Shown here piece by piece: positions 21,362-31,825 of a stretch of DNA of 48,813 bases (its first letter is position 1; each line of letters starts with the position of its first letter). The DNA lies in NCBI GenBank assembly GCA_041747535.1, contig JBGTEZ010000239.1, positions 1 to 48,813 on the forward strand, written 5' to 3'. Source of the stretch: Gemmatimonadaceae bacterium. GTDB lineage: Bacteria; Gemmatimonadota; Gemmatimonadetes; Gemmatimonadales; Gemmatimonadaceae. Under the pieces are notes generated by a model, which searched no databases, was not told the origin of the DNA, and saw nothing but the letters and a program-made list of their open reading frames with translations. The translations under genes and the position numbers were made by a program.

Positions 21362-22945
21362 ATGGCGGAATTTCTGAATTCGATCGGCTACAACGACTGG
21401 GTCCTGGCGGCACTGCTGCTCATCCCGCTCGCCGGGGCGGCACTCATCTTCGTCGTCGGCCGCCGATCCGCGTCCTCCGAAGGACAGGGGCTCGAGGATC
21501 CGGGCGCCCGACAGATCGCATTTTACACCTTCCTCATCGAGTTCATCGTTTCGCTTGGCCTGTGGTGGTCGTTCGATCCGGCCAATCCGGGCTGGCAGGC
21601 CGCGCTCGATCTGCCCTGGATTCCGACGTGGGGTGTGCGCTTCACGCTAGGTGTCGATGGCATCGCCCTGATGATGGTGCTGCTCACGACCTTCATCATG
21701 CCGCTCACTGTTCTGGGAAGCTGGACCAGTGTCCGGACGAAGGTGCGGAGCTACTACGCGCTGCTGCTGATTCTCACCACCGGAATGCTCGGCGTGTTCC
21801 TCGCCCGCGATCTCTTCCTCTTCTATGTGATGTGGGAAGTGATGCTGGTGCCCATGTACTTCATCATCGGCATCTGGGGGGGAGAGCGCCGCATCTACGC
21901 CAGTCTCAAGTTCTTCATCTACACGATGCTGCCGTCGCTGCTCATGCTGGTGGCGATCATTTATCTCGGGCTGCACGCCCGCGATGCGACCGGCACTCCG
22001 AATTTCAGCTACGACAATCTGCTGAGCCTGTCGAGCATTACGCCGAGGGCCGCGCTCTGGCTGTTCGGCGCGTTCGCGTTCGCCTTCGCCGTGAAAGTGC
22101 CGATGTTTCCATTTCACACCTGGCTCCCCGATGCGCACGTCGAGGCGCCGACCGCCGGCTCGGTGATACTTGCCGGCATCATGCTCAAGATGGGGACGTT
22201 CGGGTTCCTGCGTTTCGCGCTGCCGCTCTTTCCCGGAGCGGCGATGAGCTCGACGGTGCGCACTCTGATGCTCGTGCTCGCGGTCATCGGAATCATCTAC
22301 GGCGCGCTGGTGGCAATGGTGCAGCCGGACTTCAAGAAGCTGGTGGCATACTCGTCGGTCAGTCACCTCGGCTTCGTGATGCTCGGGATCTTCGCGCTGA
22401 CGGTCCAGAGCGTTCAGGGAGCGATGATGATCATGATCAGCCACGGCATCTCGACCGGCGCGCTGTTTCTCCTGATCGGAATGATCTACGAGCGCAAGCA
22501 TTCGCGTCTGATCGAATCCTACGGTGGGATTGCGCGGGTCGTGCCGATGTTTGCGGCGATCCTCACCTTCGTAGCGCTCAGCAGCATCGGCCTGCCTGGA
22601 ACCAACGGCTTCGTTGGCGAGTTCCTCGTGCTGGTTGGTTCGTTCCGCACCTACCCCGTGTTCGCGACGATCGCGGCGACTGGAGTGATCTTCGCCGCCG
22701 CCTATCTCCTCTGGGCGATCCAGCGGGTTCTGTTCAACTCGCTGGACAAGGTCGAGAATACGCACATCCCCGATCTCAACCGGCGGGAGCTGGCGCTGCT
22801 GGCTCCGCTCGTGGCGGCGATCATCTGGCTCGGTGTCTATCCAATGCCAGTGCTGCGGCGGATGGAGTCGGCCAGCCAGGCGCTCGTCAATCGTGTCGAG
22901 GCCCGTAGTGACGTGACTGGTCCATCACCGGTGGCAACCCGATGA
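21362..22945 (+). CDS. nuoM: NADH-quinone oxidoreductase subunit M
   Basis: FYVMWE, KVPMFPFHTWLPDAHVEAP, AYSSVSH and LPGTNGFVGE. Confidence 0.96.
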   Translation: MAEFLNSIGYNDWVLAALLLIPLAGAALIFVVGRRSASSEGQGLEDPGARQIAFYTFLIEFIVSLGLWWSFDPANPGWQAALDLPWIPTWGVRFTLGVDGIALMMVLLTTFIMPLTVLGSWTSVRTKVRSYYALLLILTTGMLGVFLARDLFLFYVMWEVMLVPMYFIIGIWGGERRIYASLKFFIYTMLPSLLMLVAIIYLGLHARDATGTPNFSYDNLLSLSSITPRAALWLFGAFAFAFAVKVPMFPFHTWLPDAHVEAPTAGSVILAGIMLKMGTFGFLRFALPLFPGAAMSSTVRTLMLVLAVIGIIYGALVAMVQPDFKKLVAYSSVSHLGFVMLGIFALTVQSVQGAMMIMISHGISTGALFLLIGMIYERKHSRLIESYGGIARVVPMFAAILTFVALSSIGLPGTNGFVGEFLVLVGSFRTYPVFATIAATGVIFAAAYLLWAIQRVLFNSLDKVENTHIPDLNRRELALLAPLVAAIIWLGVYPMPVLRRMESASQALVNRVEARSDVTGPSPVATR

Positions 22946-24456
22946 GATTCGACCTGAGTCTTCCGGGCGACCTCGCCGCTGCCCTCGGACCCGATCTTCT
23001 GCTGATGGCCGGCGCCATGCTTCTCCTGCTGTGGTCGGCGTGGCGTCCGGAGAGTGATCGCAACCAGCGGCAGGTCGGAATCGCCTGCATCGGGCTCTGC
23101 GTCCTCGTGCTGATCGCCGTCGGGATCTACGCCTATCAGGGCTGGACCGCCGGGAACGGAGTCATCGCTGTCGACAACTTCCGCTGGATCGCCGACGGAA
23201 TCTTCCTCATCGCCACGATCGGAACGATCGCCATGTCGCTGGACTACAATCCGCGCGAGGGGATTCTGGCGGGAGAGTCGCACGTTCTGCTGCTGCTCGC
23301 CACTTCCGGGATGATGATCCTCGCCGCCGCGCGCGATCTGATCATCGTGTTCCTCGGCATCGAGCTGATGTCGATCGCGATCTACGTGCTTGTCGGAATC
23401 AACCGGCGGCGTGAGCGTTCGGCCGAAGGTGCCATCAAGTACTTCCTGCTCGGTGCGTTCTCGACGGCGTTTCTCCTCTACGGAATCGCGCTCGTGTATG
23501 GAGCGACTGGAGCGACCAACTTCGGCGCCATCGCCGGCAACATCGAGCGCCTCGGGCTGGCGACGAGCGGATTGCTGCTGGTCGGACTCGCGCTGCTGGT
23601 GGTCGGTTTCGGGTTCAAGGTTGCGGCGGCGCCCTTTCACATGTGGGCGCCCGACGTGTATGAAGGCGCACCGACGCCAATAACCGCGTACATGGCGGCG
23701 GCGGTGAAAGCGGCGGCCTTCGCGGCGTTCTTCCGCCTGTGGCTTGAGGCATTTCCGGGCCTGCTCACCACCTGGCACGATCCGATCTGGTGGCTGGCGG
23801 CGGTGACCATGGTCGTCGGAAATCTCGTCGCTCTCGCCCAGCGTGACATCAAGCGGCTCCTCGCGTATTCAAGCATCGCCCACGCCGGGTACATCCTCGT
23901 GGCAATGGTCGTTGGAACCCCACTCGGCAGCTCCGCGTTCATGTTCTATCTCTTTGCCTACACGATGGCCACGCTTGGAGCGTTCGGTGTGATAGTGGCG
24001 ATGGGTTCGGCCGGAGAGGACAAGATGGGAGTCGAGGAGTACGCGGGGCTGTGGAATGTGAGGCCGGGACTGGCGGTGGCGATGGCGGTCTTCATGCTGG
24101 CGCTGCTCGGCTTTCCGATCTTCGGGGGCATCGGCTTCTTCGCGAAGTGGTACGTTCTGCAGGCAGCGCTCCAGACGCCGGCGCCCCAGACCAAGCTCGC
24201 GATCATTCTCGTCCTCACCAGCGTCGTGAGCGCGGGATACTATCTCTACGTGGTGATGGTGATGTTCATGAAGCCGCGCTCGAGCACCGCGGTTCTGCCG
24301 GCGCGCACCACGCGCTGGACGGGGGCGGTTGTGTGGGGCAGTGCCGCTGTCATTCTCGTGTTCGGCCTGTTCCCCGACGCGCTCGTTTCACTGACGAAGC
24401 GGAGCACTCTGGACATCGCCAGGAAGCCCGCCCCCGTCGTCACCACTATCCGCTGA
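22942..24456 (+). CDS. nuoN: NADH-quinone oxidoreductase subunit N
   Basis: ELMS, EGAIKYF, FKVAAAPFHMWAPDVYEGAP and KRLLAYSSIAH. Confidence 0.96.
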   Translation: MRFDLSLPGDLAAALGPDLLLMAGAMLLLLWSAWRPESDRNQRQVGIACIGLCVLVLIAVGIYAYQGWTAGNGVIAVDNFRWIADGIFLIATIGTIAMSLDYNPREGILAGESHVLLLLATSGMMILAAARDLIIVFLGIELMSIAIYVLVGINRRRERSAEGAIKYFLLGAFSTAFLLYGIALVYGATGATNFGAIAGNIERLGLATSGLLLVGLALLVVGFGFKVAAAPFHMWAPDVYEGAPTPITAYMAAAVKAAAFAAFFRLWLEAFPGLLTTWHDPIWWLAAVTMVVGNLVALAQRDIKRLLAYSSIAHAGYILVAMVVGTPLGSSAFMFYLFAYTMATLGAFGVIVAMGSAGEDKMGVEEYAGLWNVRPGLAVAMAVFMLALLGFPIFGGIGFFAKWYVLQAALQTPAPQTKLAIILVLTSVVSAGYYLYVVMVMFMKPRSSTAVLPARTTRWTGAVVWGSAAVILVFGLFPDALVSLTKRSTLDIARKPAPVVTTIR

Positions 24457-24461
24457 AGACG

Positions 24462-25829
24462 ATGTCGCTGTCACGGAACATCTTTCGCGAGTACGACATT
24501 CGGGGCGTCGCCGGCCGCGACCTCACCGAGGAAGCCGCGACGGCGATCGCTGGCGCATATGCCGCCTTCATGGCCGAGCGTGGAGTGAGCGGAGCGCTGT
24601 CCATCGGCCGCGACAATCGCCCGAGTGGTGAAGGTCTCCACCGTTCGCTGGTGGCGGGACTCCTCGCGAGCGGCGTCGATGTCGTCGACATCGGCGTAGT
24701 TCCAACTCCCGTCGCCTACTGGTCGCAGCACAAGCTCGATGTCGTCGGCGGGATACAGATTACCGGCTCGCACAATCCCCCCGAGTACAATGGCTTCAAG
24801 CTCGGCCTGGGCACGAAGCCCGTCTACGGCGCGGACATCCAGCACATCCACGAGCTCGCCACCATGGGAAAATTCCCGAAAGGGAAGGGCAGGCTTCGGT
24901 CCGAGCCCGTGATCGATCGCTATATCGATGACATGGTCGAGAGAGTAGGGAAGCTCGAGCGGCCGGTGAAGGCGGTGCTCGATTGTGGGAACGGCGCGGG
25001 GGCGCTCGTGGCGCCGAAGCTGTTCTCGCGCCTCGGCATTTCTCCGCGCTGCCTGTTCTGCGAGAGTGATGGCACTTTTCCCAATCACCATCCCGATCCC
25101 ACCGTTCCCGAGAACGTCGAGGATCTGATCGCGGCGGTGAAGAAGGATGGCGCCGAGATCGGGATCGCGTTCGACGGCGATGCCGACAGAATCGGCGTCA
25201 TCGACGACGCTGGTGAGATCATCTGGGGTGACTATCTGCTGATCGTGTACGCCAGAGATGCGCTCGCCCGAACGGGCAAGGGGCAATCGATTGTCTTCGA
25301 CGTGAAGGCGTCCCAGGCGCTTCCGGAAGCGGTCACGAAGGCGGGTGGAAAGCCCGTGATGTGGAAGACGGGCCACTCTCTCATCGAAGAGAAAATGCAC
25401 GAGACGCACGCGCCGGTGGGCGGAGAGATGTCGGGCCACATGTTCTTCTCCGAGGGCTTCTACGGCTTCGATGATGCGCTGTACGGAGCGGCTCGCCTTC
25501 TTCAGATCGTCGCGCGCTCGGGCAAGACCGTGCGGCAGCTCCTGGCCGACGTGCCGCGGTTCGTCTCGACTCCGGAAATTCGAGTCGATTGCCCGGACGA
25601 GAAGAAGTTCGAGATCGTTCGCGAGGCGCAGGAGTTTTTCTCCGCCAAGTACGACGTCATCACGGTCGACGGGGTGCGCGTGCTGTTCGGCGACGGATGG
25701 GGGCTCATTCGCGCGTCGAACACCCAGCCCGTGCTGGTGATGCGCTTCGAGGCCCGCACGAAGGACCAGCTCGAGCGAATTCAATCGGAAATGCAGGGTT
25801 GGATCCGCTCAAAGGGCGTACAGGTCTGA
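24462..25829 (+). CDS. Phosphomannomutase/phosphoglucomutase (AlgC-like)
   Basis: IFREYDIRG, TGSHNP (phospho-Ser), FDGDADR, GEMSGH and RASNTQP. Confidence 0.94.
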   Translation: MSLSRNIFREYDIRGVAGRDLTEEAATAIAGAYAAFMAERGVSGALSIGRDNRPSGEGLHRSLVAGLLASGVDVVDIGVVPTPVAYWSQHKLDVVGGIQITGSHNPPEYNGFKLGLGTKPVYGADIQHIHELATMGKFPKGKGRLRSEPVIDRYIDDMVERVGKLERPVKAVLDCGNGAGALVAPKLFSRLGISPRCLFCESDGTFPNHHPDPTVPENVEDLIAAVKKDGAEIGIAFDGDADRIGVIDDAGEIIWGDYLLIVYARDALARTGKGQSIVFDVKASQALPEAVTKAGGKPVMWKTGHSLIEEKMHETHAPVGGEMSGHMFFSEGFYGFDDALYGAARLLQIVARSGKTVRQLLADVPRFVSTPEIRVDCPDEKKFEIVREAQEFFSAKYDVITVDGVRVLFGDGWGLIRASNTQPVLVMRFEARTKDQLERIQSEMQGWIRSKGVQV

Positions 25830-25833
25830 TGTG

Positions 25834-27573
25834 ATGCCGCGCCGGCGCCTCCTTCTCGGGGTCGTCATTGCCGCAGCACTGCTGGTAGCCGGTCGCGCCC
25901 TTTCCGCCGTTTACGCGGACCACGCCTGGTATGGCGCCATGGGAGCTTCGGCGCTCTGGAACGAGCGGTTCGCCGATATGCTCATCCTTTACGGAGCGGG
26001 CTTCGGCATCTCGTTCGCCATCGCTCTGGCGAATCTCTCGACCGTCGCCCGAAGCATCGGCGCTCTCACTCTACCGCGGCGGCTCGCGAACGTGGAGTTC
26101 GGCGAAGCCGTACCGAGGCGGTACCTCGATCGCTTCGCGATAGCCGTCTCGCTCGGGATTGCCGCCGCCGTTCTGCCGCTATTGCCCCGGTGGACCTCGC
26201 TGGCGCTGCTGCGTCGGGGCGTGAGCTTCCAGGAGCGCGACCCATACTTCCACCACGACCTCGCGTTCTACACGACGTGGCTTCCCTTTGAGAAAGCGCT
26301 TTACTCGTGGATGATGGTCCTCGTCGTGACCATTTCGCTCGTGACGATCGCCCTGTATTCGCTGACCCCCGGGCTCAGGTGGGAGCGGAGCGGACTGCGC
26401 ATGAGCGCGCTCGTGAGAAAGCACCTCAGCGTTCTGGCGACGGTGATCCTTCTGCTCACGGTGTGGAGTTACCGTCTGGCTTCGTACGACCTTTTGATTC
26501 AGGGCGGTGGGGAGTCGGGATCGTTTTCCTATGTGGAGCACCAGTGGCTGCTTCCGGGCCTCTTGATCCTCTCGATCGTCACCACTGCCGCGGCGGCGAC
26601 AATGCTCTTCAGCGGCTGGACGGGGCAGCTGCGCACCAGCTTCATCGCGGTGACCGCGGTCGTGCTCCTTTCGGTTGGGGTGCAGGAGGTCGTTCCACTC
26701 ATCGTCGAGCGATTCACGCCCCCCGAAGCGCTGGCGGCGAGGGAGATCCCCTACACCACGATGCGCGCCGAGTTTACGCAGCGTGCATACGACACTCCTT
26801 TGGTCGCCCGTGAACCCGCGCCCGGGTCGATCGGTTCCGGAGCTGACAGCGCGGCGGATGTCGGCGACCCACGGCCTCGGCAACAACAGGATTCGCTCGT
26901 TTATCCGGGTGCGACCGGGCTGCTGATCATCCGGGAGCCGCAACTGGACGTCGCTGGGCAGCGCGTGGGGCGGGGCCTGTCGCGACTTGCTCATGCATGG
27001 GCGTATCAGTCGCTGGCATTGCTCTCGGACTCGGTCGCACATCAGGCACGCATCGTCACGGTGCGCGATGTGCGACGGAGGGTTGAGGCACTCGCGCCCG
27101 TATTTTCGCAGGGAAACACGGCTGTCCCTCTCTTTCACGCCGACACTCTTTACTGGAAGCTCGAGCTCTATTCCGCATCTTCGGACTATCCACTCAGCGA
27201 ATCGCGCTCGATCGCCGGAGCCGACCGCAACTACTTCAGGCACGCCGCCACCGCACTGGTCAATGGCAGGACGGCGCGCGTGAGCTTTGCCGCTGTTGCG
27301 CATCAGGATCCAGTCGCCCGCGCGTGGATACTCTCGTTCCCCCACGCCAATGACTATCGCGCCTCGACCATCCTCCCGAGGCTCACGACGGCGCCATGGA
27401 ATCCAGTTGGTGCCGGCCCGGGCACACCGTCCGATGATTCGACGTTTCGCGCTGATGTCACGAGACTGTACAACGCAATGCGCGCGTCGCTCGCCCAGGG
27501 GAACCTCTCCGCCTTCAGCGCCGCTTACGATTCGCTCGGGGCACTCATCGGCCGTCCTCGGAGCCGCCCGTGA
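25834..27573 (+). CDS. UPF0182-like membrane protein, shortened (start at 25831 or 25834)
   Basis: Multi-TM N-terminal half with DPYFHHDLAFY; RVEALAP, YPLSE..NYFR and a C-terminal ASLAQGNLSAF helix resemble UPF0182 blocks. Confidence 0.65.
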   Translation: MPRRRLLLGVVIAAALLVAGRALSAVYADHAWYGAMGASALWNERFADMLILYGAGFGISFAIALANLSTVARSIGALTLPRRLANVEFGEAVPRRYLDRFAIAVSLGIAAAVLPLLPRWTSLALLRRGVSFQERDPYFHHDLAFYTTWLPFEKALYSWMMVLVVTISLVTIALYSLTPGLRWERSGLRMSALVRKHLSVLATVILLLTVWSYRLASYDLLIQGGGESGSFSYVEHQWLLPGLLILSIVTTAAAATMLFSGWTGQLRTSFIAVTAVVLLSVGVQEVVPLIVERFTPPEALAAREIPYTTMRAEFTQRAYDTPLVAREPAPGSIGSGADSAADVGDPRPRQQQDSLVYPGATGLLIIREPQLDVAGQRVGRGLSRLAHAWAYQSLALLSDSVAHQARIVTVRDVRRRVEALAPVFSQGNTAVPLFHADTLYWKLELYSASSDYPLSESRSIAGADRNYFRHAATALVNGRTARVSFAAVAHQDPVARAWILSFPHANDYRASTILPRLTTAPWNPVGAGPGTPSDDSTFRADVTRLYNAMRASLAQGNLSAFSAAYDSLGALIGRPRSRP

Positions 27574-28517
27574 AGGCGGCTCCGAGGACGGCGGTAATCG
27601 CTGTTGGCGGCAACGCGCTCTCGCCCCCGGGTGAGCGATCGACCATTGGCGATCAGTTTCGACATAGCCGCGAGAGCCTCGGTCCGATCGTGGACCTCGC
27701 TCTTGACGGCTGGCGGCTCGTGGTCGTCCACGGCAACGGTCCGCAGGTCGGGGACGAGCTCGTAAGGAACGAGAAGGCCCGATCGGAGGTTGCCCCGCTG
27801 CCACTCGGCGTACTGGTCGCCGGTACAGCCGGGTGGATTGGGTACATGCTGCAGCAGTCGCTTGAGAATGCGCTCCGAAGGGCCGGCAGCTCCCGCGATG
27901 TCGTGACGATTCTGACCCAGGTGGAAGTCGCCGCGGACGACCCCGCTCTGAAGGCGCCGAAGAAATTCATCGGACACGGATTGTCAGTCGCGCGCGCGAG
28001 AGAGCTGCGCGGTGAGGGTCACGCCGTCACCAGGGATGCCAAGGGCAATTTCAGGCGCGTCGTCGGCAGTCCCAGGCCGCTCGCCATCCATGAGCTCGGG
28101 ACGATTCGCAGTCTGGTCGAGAGAGATACGGTCGTGATTGCGTGCGGAGGAGGCGGAGTGCCGGTGTACCGGGATGCGCTGCTCGGCCTCGAGGGAGTCG
28201 ATGCCGTCGTCGACAAGGATCTTGCCGCGGCGGTGCTTGCCCGCGAGCTGGGTGCGGAGCTGCTCCTGATCCTGACCGACGTCGACGCGGTATACTCCGA
28301 CTGGGGAACGGACCAGCAACGGGCGATCAGTTCAATGTCGGTAGCGGAAGCCGACAGGCTCGCCGCCGCCGGAGCGTTCGGCGAAGGGAGCATGGGCCCC
28401 AAGGTCGCCGCGGCGGTGAGTTACGTGCGTGCGACTCGGGGTCGTGCCATTATTACGGAGTTGAGCAAAGGCAGAGACGCGGTGAAAGGCTCGGGCGGCA
28501 CTGAGGTCACCCCCTAA
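27570..28517 (+). CDS. arcC: Carbamate kinase
   Basis: GGNAL, HGNGPQVG, RRVVGSP, GGGGVPV, AVVDKD and GSMGPKV. Confidence 0.93.
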   Translation: MKAAPRTAVIAVGGNALSPPGERSTIGDQFRHSRESLGPIVDLALDGWRLVVVHGNGPQVGDELVRNEKARSEVAPLPLGVLVAGTAGWIGYMLQQSLENALRRAGSSRDVVTILTQVEVAADDPALKAPKKFIGHGLSVARARELRGEGHAVTRDAKGNFRRVVGSPRPLAIHELGTIRSLVERDTVVIACGGGGVPVYRDALLGLEGVDAVVDKDLAAAVLARELGAELLLILTDVDAVYSDWGTDQQRAISSMSVAEADRLAAAGAFGEGSMGPKVAAAVSYVRATRGRAIITELSKGRDAVKGSGGTEVTP

Positions 28518-28570
28518 GTGCCGTCTTTCTATTTTGACAAATCGCGCCAACGCGCGCGTTCGGAGCAAGA

Positions 28571-29719
28571 GTGAATATTCACGAGTATCAGGCAAAGGAA
28601 ATATTCCGGAAGCACGGCATCCCGATTCCCCCCGGGGAGATCGCGACAACGCCGGAAGAGGCGGAGGCAATCGCCCGCAAATTCGGTGAGACCGTTGTGG
28701 TGAAGGCCCAGGTGCACGCCGGCGGCAGAGGCAAGGCGGGTGGGGTCAAGCTCGCCAAGACACCCGAAGAAGCGAAGAGCATCGCCCGTGACATCCTGAA
28801 GCTCAGGATCAAGGACCTGCCGGTCTTGAAAGTTCTCGTCACGCCGGCCGCCGACATCGCCTCCGAAGCCTACGTCGGTATCATCATCGACAGGGCATCG
28901 AAGCGCGCGGTTTTCATGGTGAGCCCCGCCGGCGGAATCGACATCGAAGAGGTCGCGGCGAAGACGCCGGACAAGATCAGACGCCTCGCGGTCGATCCGC
29001 GATATGGCCTCCAGGCGTATGAAGCGATGCAGCTCGCATTCTTCCTTTATCCCGACGTCAAGCAGGCGCGGCCAGCAGCCAAGATTCTCCAGCAGCTGTA
29101 CAAGGCATTCACCAGGAGCGGCGCTTCACTGGCGGAGATAAATCCGCTCGTCACCACCCCTGCCGGGGATGTGCTGGCACTGGACGCGAAGATGGTGATC
29201 GACGACAACGAGATCGACCGCCGGCCGGACATGGCCGCGCTTCGCGACGAGTCGGCGGAGGATCCGAGCGAGGTCGAGGCGCGGAACGCGAATCTCACCT
29301 TCATCAAGCTCGACGGGAACGTCGGCTGTGTCGTCAACGGCGCCGGCCTCGCGATGGCGACAATGGATCTCGTGAAATACTACGGCGGCGATCCCGCGAA
29401 CTTCCTGGACATCGGCGGCTCGTCCAATCCGGAGAAGGTCGTGAGCGCACTCCGGATCATCACCTCCGATCCAAACGTCAAGGCGATCCTGTTCAACATT
29501 TTCGGCGGCATTACGCGCACCGACGACGTCGCCAATGGAATCGTGACCGCGACAAAGCAGAACCCCCTCAAGGTTCCGCTCGTGATCAGGCTTACCGGGA
29601 CGAACGAGGAGATCGCGCTCGAGATTCTCAGAAAGGCCGGAATGTCGGCAATGACGGATATGGATGAAGCGGTGAAGAAGGCGGTCGAGCTCGCGACCGG
29701 GAAGGGGAGGGCCGCATGA
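28571..29719 (+). CDS. sucC: Succinyl-CoA synthetase beta subunit
   Basis: [38 protein letters not shown] and NIFGGI. Confidence 0.97.
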   Translation: MNIHEYQAKEIFRKHGIPIPPGEIATTPEEAEAIARKFGETVVVKAQVHAGGRGKAGGVKLAKTPEEAKSIARDILKLRIKDLPVLKVLVTPAADIASEAYVGIIIDRASKRAVFMVSPAGGIDIEEVAAKTPDKIRRLAVDPRYGLQAYEAMQLAFFLYPDVKQARPAAKILQQLYKAFTRSGASLAEINPLVTTPAGDVLALDAKMVIDDNEIDRRPDMAALRDESAEDPSEVEARNANLTFIKLDGNVGCVVNGAGLAMATMDLVKYYGGDPANFLDIGGSSNPEKVVSALRIITSDPNVKAILFNIFGGITRTDDVANGIVTATKQNPLKVPLVIRLTGTNEEIALEILRKAGMSAMTDMDEAVKKAVELATGKGRAA

Positions 29720-30588
29720 GCACCTTCATCGACAAGAAGTCCCGCGTCCTCGTACAGGGAATCACCGGACGTGACGGGTCGTTCCACGCGAAGCAGATGA
29801 TCGAGTACGGAACGCAGGTGGTCGGCGGCGTGACACCGGGGAAGGGCGGACAGAAATTTGAAAGCACCGTGCCGATTTTCAACACCGTCGCCGAGGCGGT
29901 GAAGGCGACCGGCGCCGATGCGACCGTCATCTACGTTCCCCCGCCATTCGCGGCCGATGCGATGATGGAAGCGGCCGATGCCGGAATTCCCTTCATCGTT
30001 TGTATCACCGAGGGCGTTCCGGTCCTCGACATGACGAAGGTCATCCCTTTCGTCGTGGAAAAGGGATCCCGCCTGCTTGGCCCCAACTGTCCGGGTCTCA
30101 TTTCTCCCGGCAAGTCCAAGATCGGAATCATTCCCGGACGCATCTGCACGCCGGGCCCGATCGGCCTCGTGAGCCGGTCAGGAACGCTGACATATGAAGT
30201 CGTTTATCAGATGACCCGCGCCAGGCTCGGCCAGACGACCTGCGTCGGGATCGGGGGCGACCCAATCAATGGAACCAACTTCATCGATTGCCTCGACGCG
30301 TTCGAAAAGGATCCTGAAACGAAGGCCGTAGTCATGATCGGTGAGATCGGTGGTACGGACGAGCAGGAGGCGGCGCGCTTCGTCAAGGCGAAAATGTCCA
30401 AGCCGGTGGTTGGGTTCATCGCCGGACAAACGGCCCCGCCCGGCCGCCGCATGGGACACGCGGGAGCAATCATCTCGGGATCGACCGGCACCGCGGCGGA
30501 GAAGATGCAGGCATTCGAGGAAAACGGCATCGCCGTGGCGAAGCGGCCGATCGACGTAGTGGACCTACTCAAACACGCAACCCGCTGA
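29716..30588 (+). CDS. sucD: Succinyl-CoA synthetase alpha subunit
   Basis: [21 protein letters not shown] and MGHAGA (phospho-His). Confidence 0.97.
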   Translation: MSTFIDKKSRVLVQGITGRDGSFHAKQMIEYGTQVVGGVTPGKGGQKFESTVPIFNTVAEAVKATGADATVIYVPPPFAADAMMEAADAGIPFIVCITEGVPVLDMTKVIPFVVEKGSRLLGPNCPGLISPGKSKIGIIPGRICTPGPIGLVSRSGTLTYEVVYQMTRARLGQTTCVGIGGDPINGTNFIDCLDAFEKDPETKAVVMIGEIGGTDEQEAARFVKAKMSKPVVGFIAGQTAPPGRRMGHAGAIISGSTGTAAEKMQAFEENGIAVAKRPIDVVDLLKHATR

Positions 30589-30605
30589 GGGCTGAGCAGA
30601 CGACA

Positions 30606-31025
30606 ATGGCAGGAACCAGAACACTCACCATCATCAAGCCCGACGCGCTCGGCGCCGGGAAGGGCGGACAGATCGTCGCGCACCTCGAGAAAGCGGGCTT
30701 CAAGGTCGTAGCCGCGAGGGTCATGCGCCTCACCGAAGCGCAGGCGGGGGCGTTTTACGAGGTGCATCGCGAGAGGCCCTTTTTCTCCTCGCTCACCCGC
30801 TTCATGACCTCGGGCCATTGCATGCCGATCGTGCTCGAGAGAGCCGACGCCGTTCTCGCCCTTCGGAAGACAATCGGCGCCACCGACCCTGCAGAAGCGG
30901 AAGCCGGAACGGTGCGGAAGCTCTTTGCGGAGTCGAAAGAACGGAATGCGATCCACGCTTCCGACTCCGACGAGAATGCCGAGCGGGAGGCCCGCTTTTT
31001 CTTTGCCGAGGCGGAGCTGGTTTAA
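30606..31025 (+). CDS. ndk: Nucleoside diphosphate kinase
   Basis: TLTIIKPD, FYEVH..RPFF, GATDP and NAIHASD. Confidence 0.95.
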   Translation: MAGTRTLTIIKPDALGAGKGGQIVAHLEKAGFKVVAARVMRLTEAQAGAFYEVHRERPFFSSLTRFMTSGHCMPIVLERADAVLALRKTIGATDPAEAEAGTVRKLFAESKERNAIHASDSDENAEREARFFFAEAELV

Positions 31026-31061
31026 GGAGCAGGATCCGGAAAAAATCGGCCGCCCGCGGGC

Positions 31062-31090
31062 TGGAATCGATGCCTTAAACCCGCTAGGTT
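31062..31090 (+). promoter_or_regulatory. Possible promoter for yceD-rpmF-plsX-fab (near-leaderless)
   Basis: TGGAAT (31062-31067), 17-nt spacer, TAGGTT (31085-31090). The ATG is 9 nt downstream with no clear SD. Confidence 0.45.
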
Positions 31091-31099
31091 AAAGGGCTT

Positions 31100-31612
31100 A
31101 TGCTGTCCTTCGACATACGCTCGCTGGAAACGAAGGCCGTGCAGGTCGACGGCTCACTCGAACCCGATGACCCGGTCTGGGAGGAACGAGATACCCGGCC
31201 TTCCGAGCCGGTCGCGGTCAAGGGGAGACTTTCAAGCGCAGGGGATGGCAGGTTTTATTTCAGTGGCAGGATTGCCGGAGGCCTGGAGCTGCCTTGCCGG
31301 TTGTGCCTCCTGGACGTCGAGGTACCGGTAGAGGAGGAGGTTCACTTTCTTCTCGCCGAGACCGGCGCCGAAGAGGCGGAAGATCCGGACGTGTTTCTCT
31401 ATGAGCCATCCGCTCGCATGCTCGATTTGCGCGCGGCGGTGAGGGAGACATGGCTGCTGACGGCTCCGGCGTTCGTCCAGTGCACGGAAGAGTGCAAAGG
31501 ACTGTGCGCCGTGTGCGGAACCAATCTCAACGAGTCATCCTGCAACTGCGCTCCAACGAAAGCTGACACGCGCTGGGACGCGCTGCTCAAGCACCAGAGC
31601 GACGCGCACTAG
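31100..31612 (+). CDS. yceD: DUF177/YceD family protein
   Basis: CRLCL, CTEECKGLCAVCG.NLN..C.C and DTRWDAL; lies upstream of rpmF. Confidence 0.9.
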   Translation: MLSFDIRSLETKAVQVDGSLEPDDPVWEERDTRPSEPVAVKGRLSSAGDGRFYFSGRIAGGLELPCRLCLLDVEVPVEEEVHFLLAETGAEEAEDPDVFLYEPSARMLDLRAAVRETWLLTAPAFVQCTEECKGLCAVCGTNLNESSCNCAPTKADTRWDALLKHQSDAH

Positions 31613-31642
31613 CACTTCACATCATCAATCAGGTAGACGACA

Positions 31643-31825
31643 ATGGCAGTACCCAAAAGACGAACCTCCAAGCGGAAAAAGCGCGCCCGCAACACCCACA
31701 AGACGGCGCCGGCAATCGCAATTCAGAAGTGTCCGCGCTGCCAGGCCATGAAGCGGCCGCATCACGTCTGCGAAGAGTGCGGTTACTACGCGGGCGAACA
31801 GCGAGTAGAGCCGAAGGAAGCGTAG
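31643..31825 (+). CDS. rpmF: 50S ribosomal protein L32 (zinc-binding form)
   Basis: MAVPKRRTSK and CPRC...HHVCEECGYY. Confidence 0.96.
   Translation: MAVPKRRTSKRKKRARNTHKTAPAIAIQKCPRCQAMKRPHHVCEECGYYAGEQRVEPKEA

Noticed and set aside
28534-28562. TTGACA upstream of sucC as a -35 box
   Set aside because: There is no plausible -10 hexamer 16-18 nt downstream.
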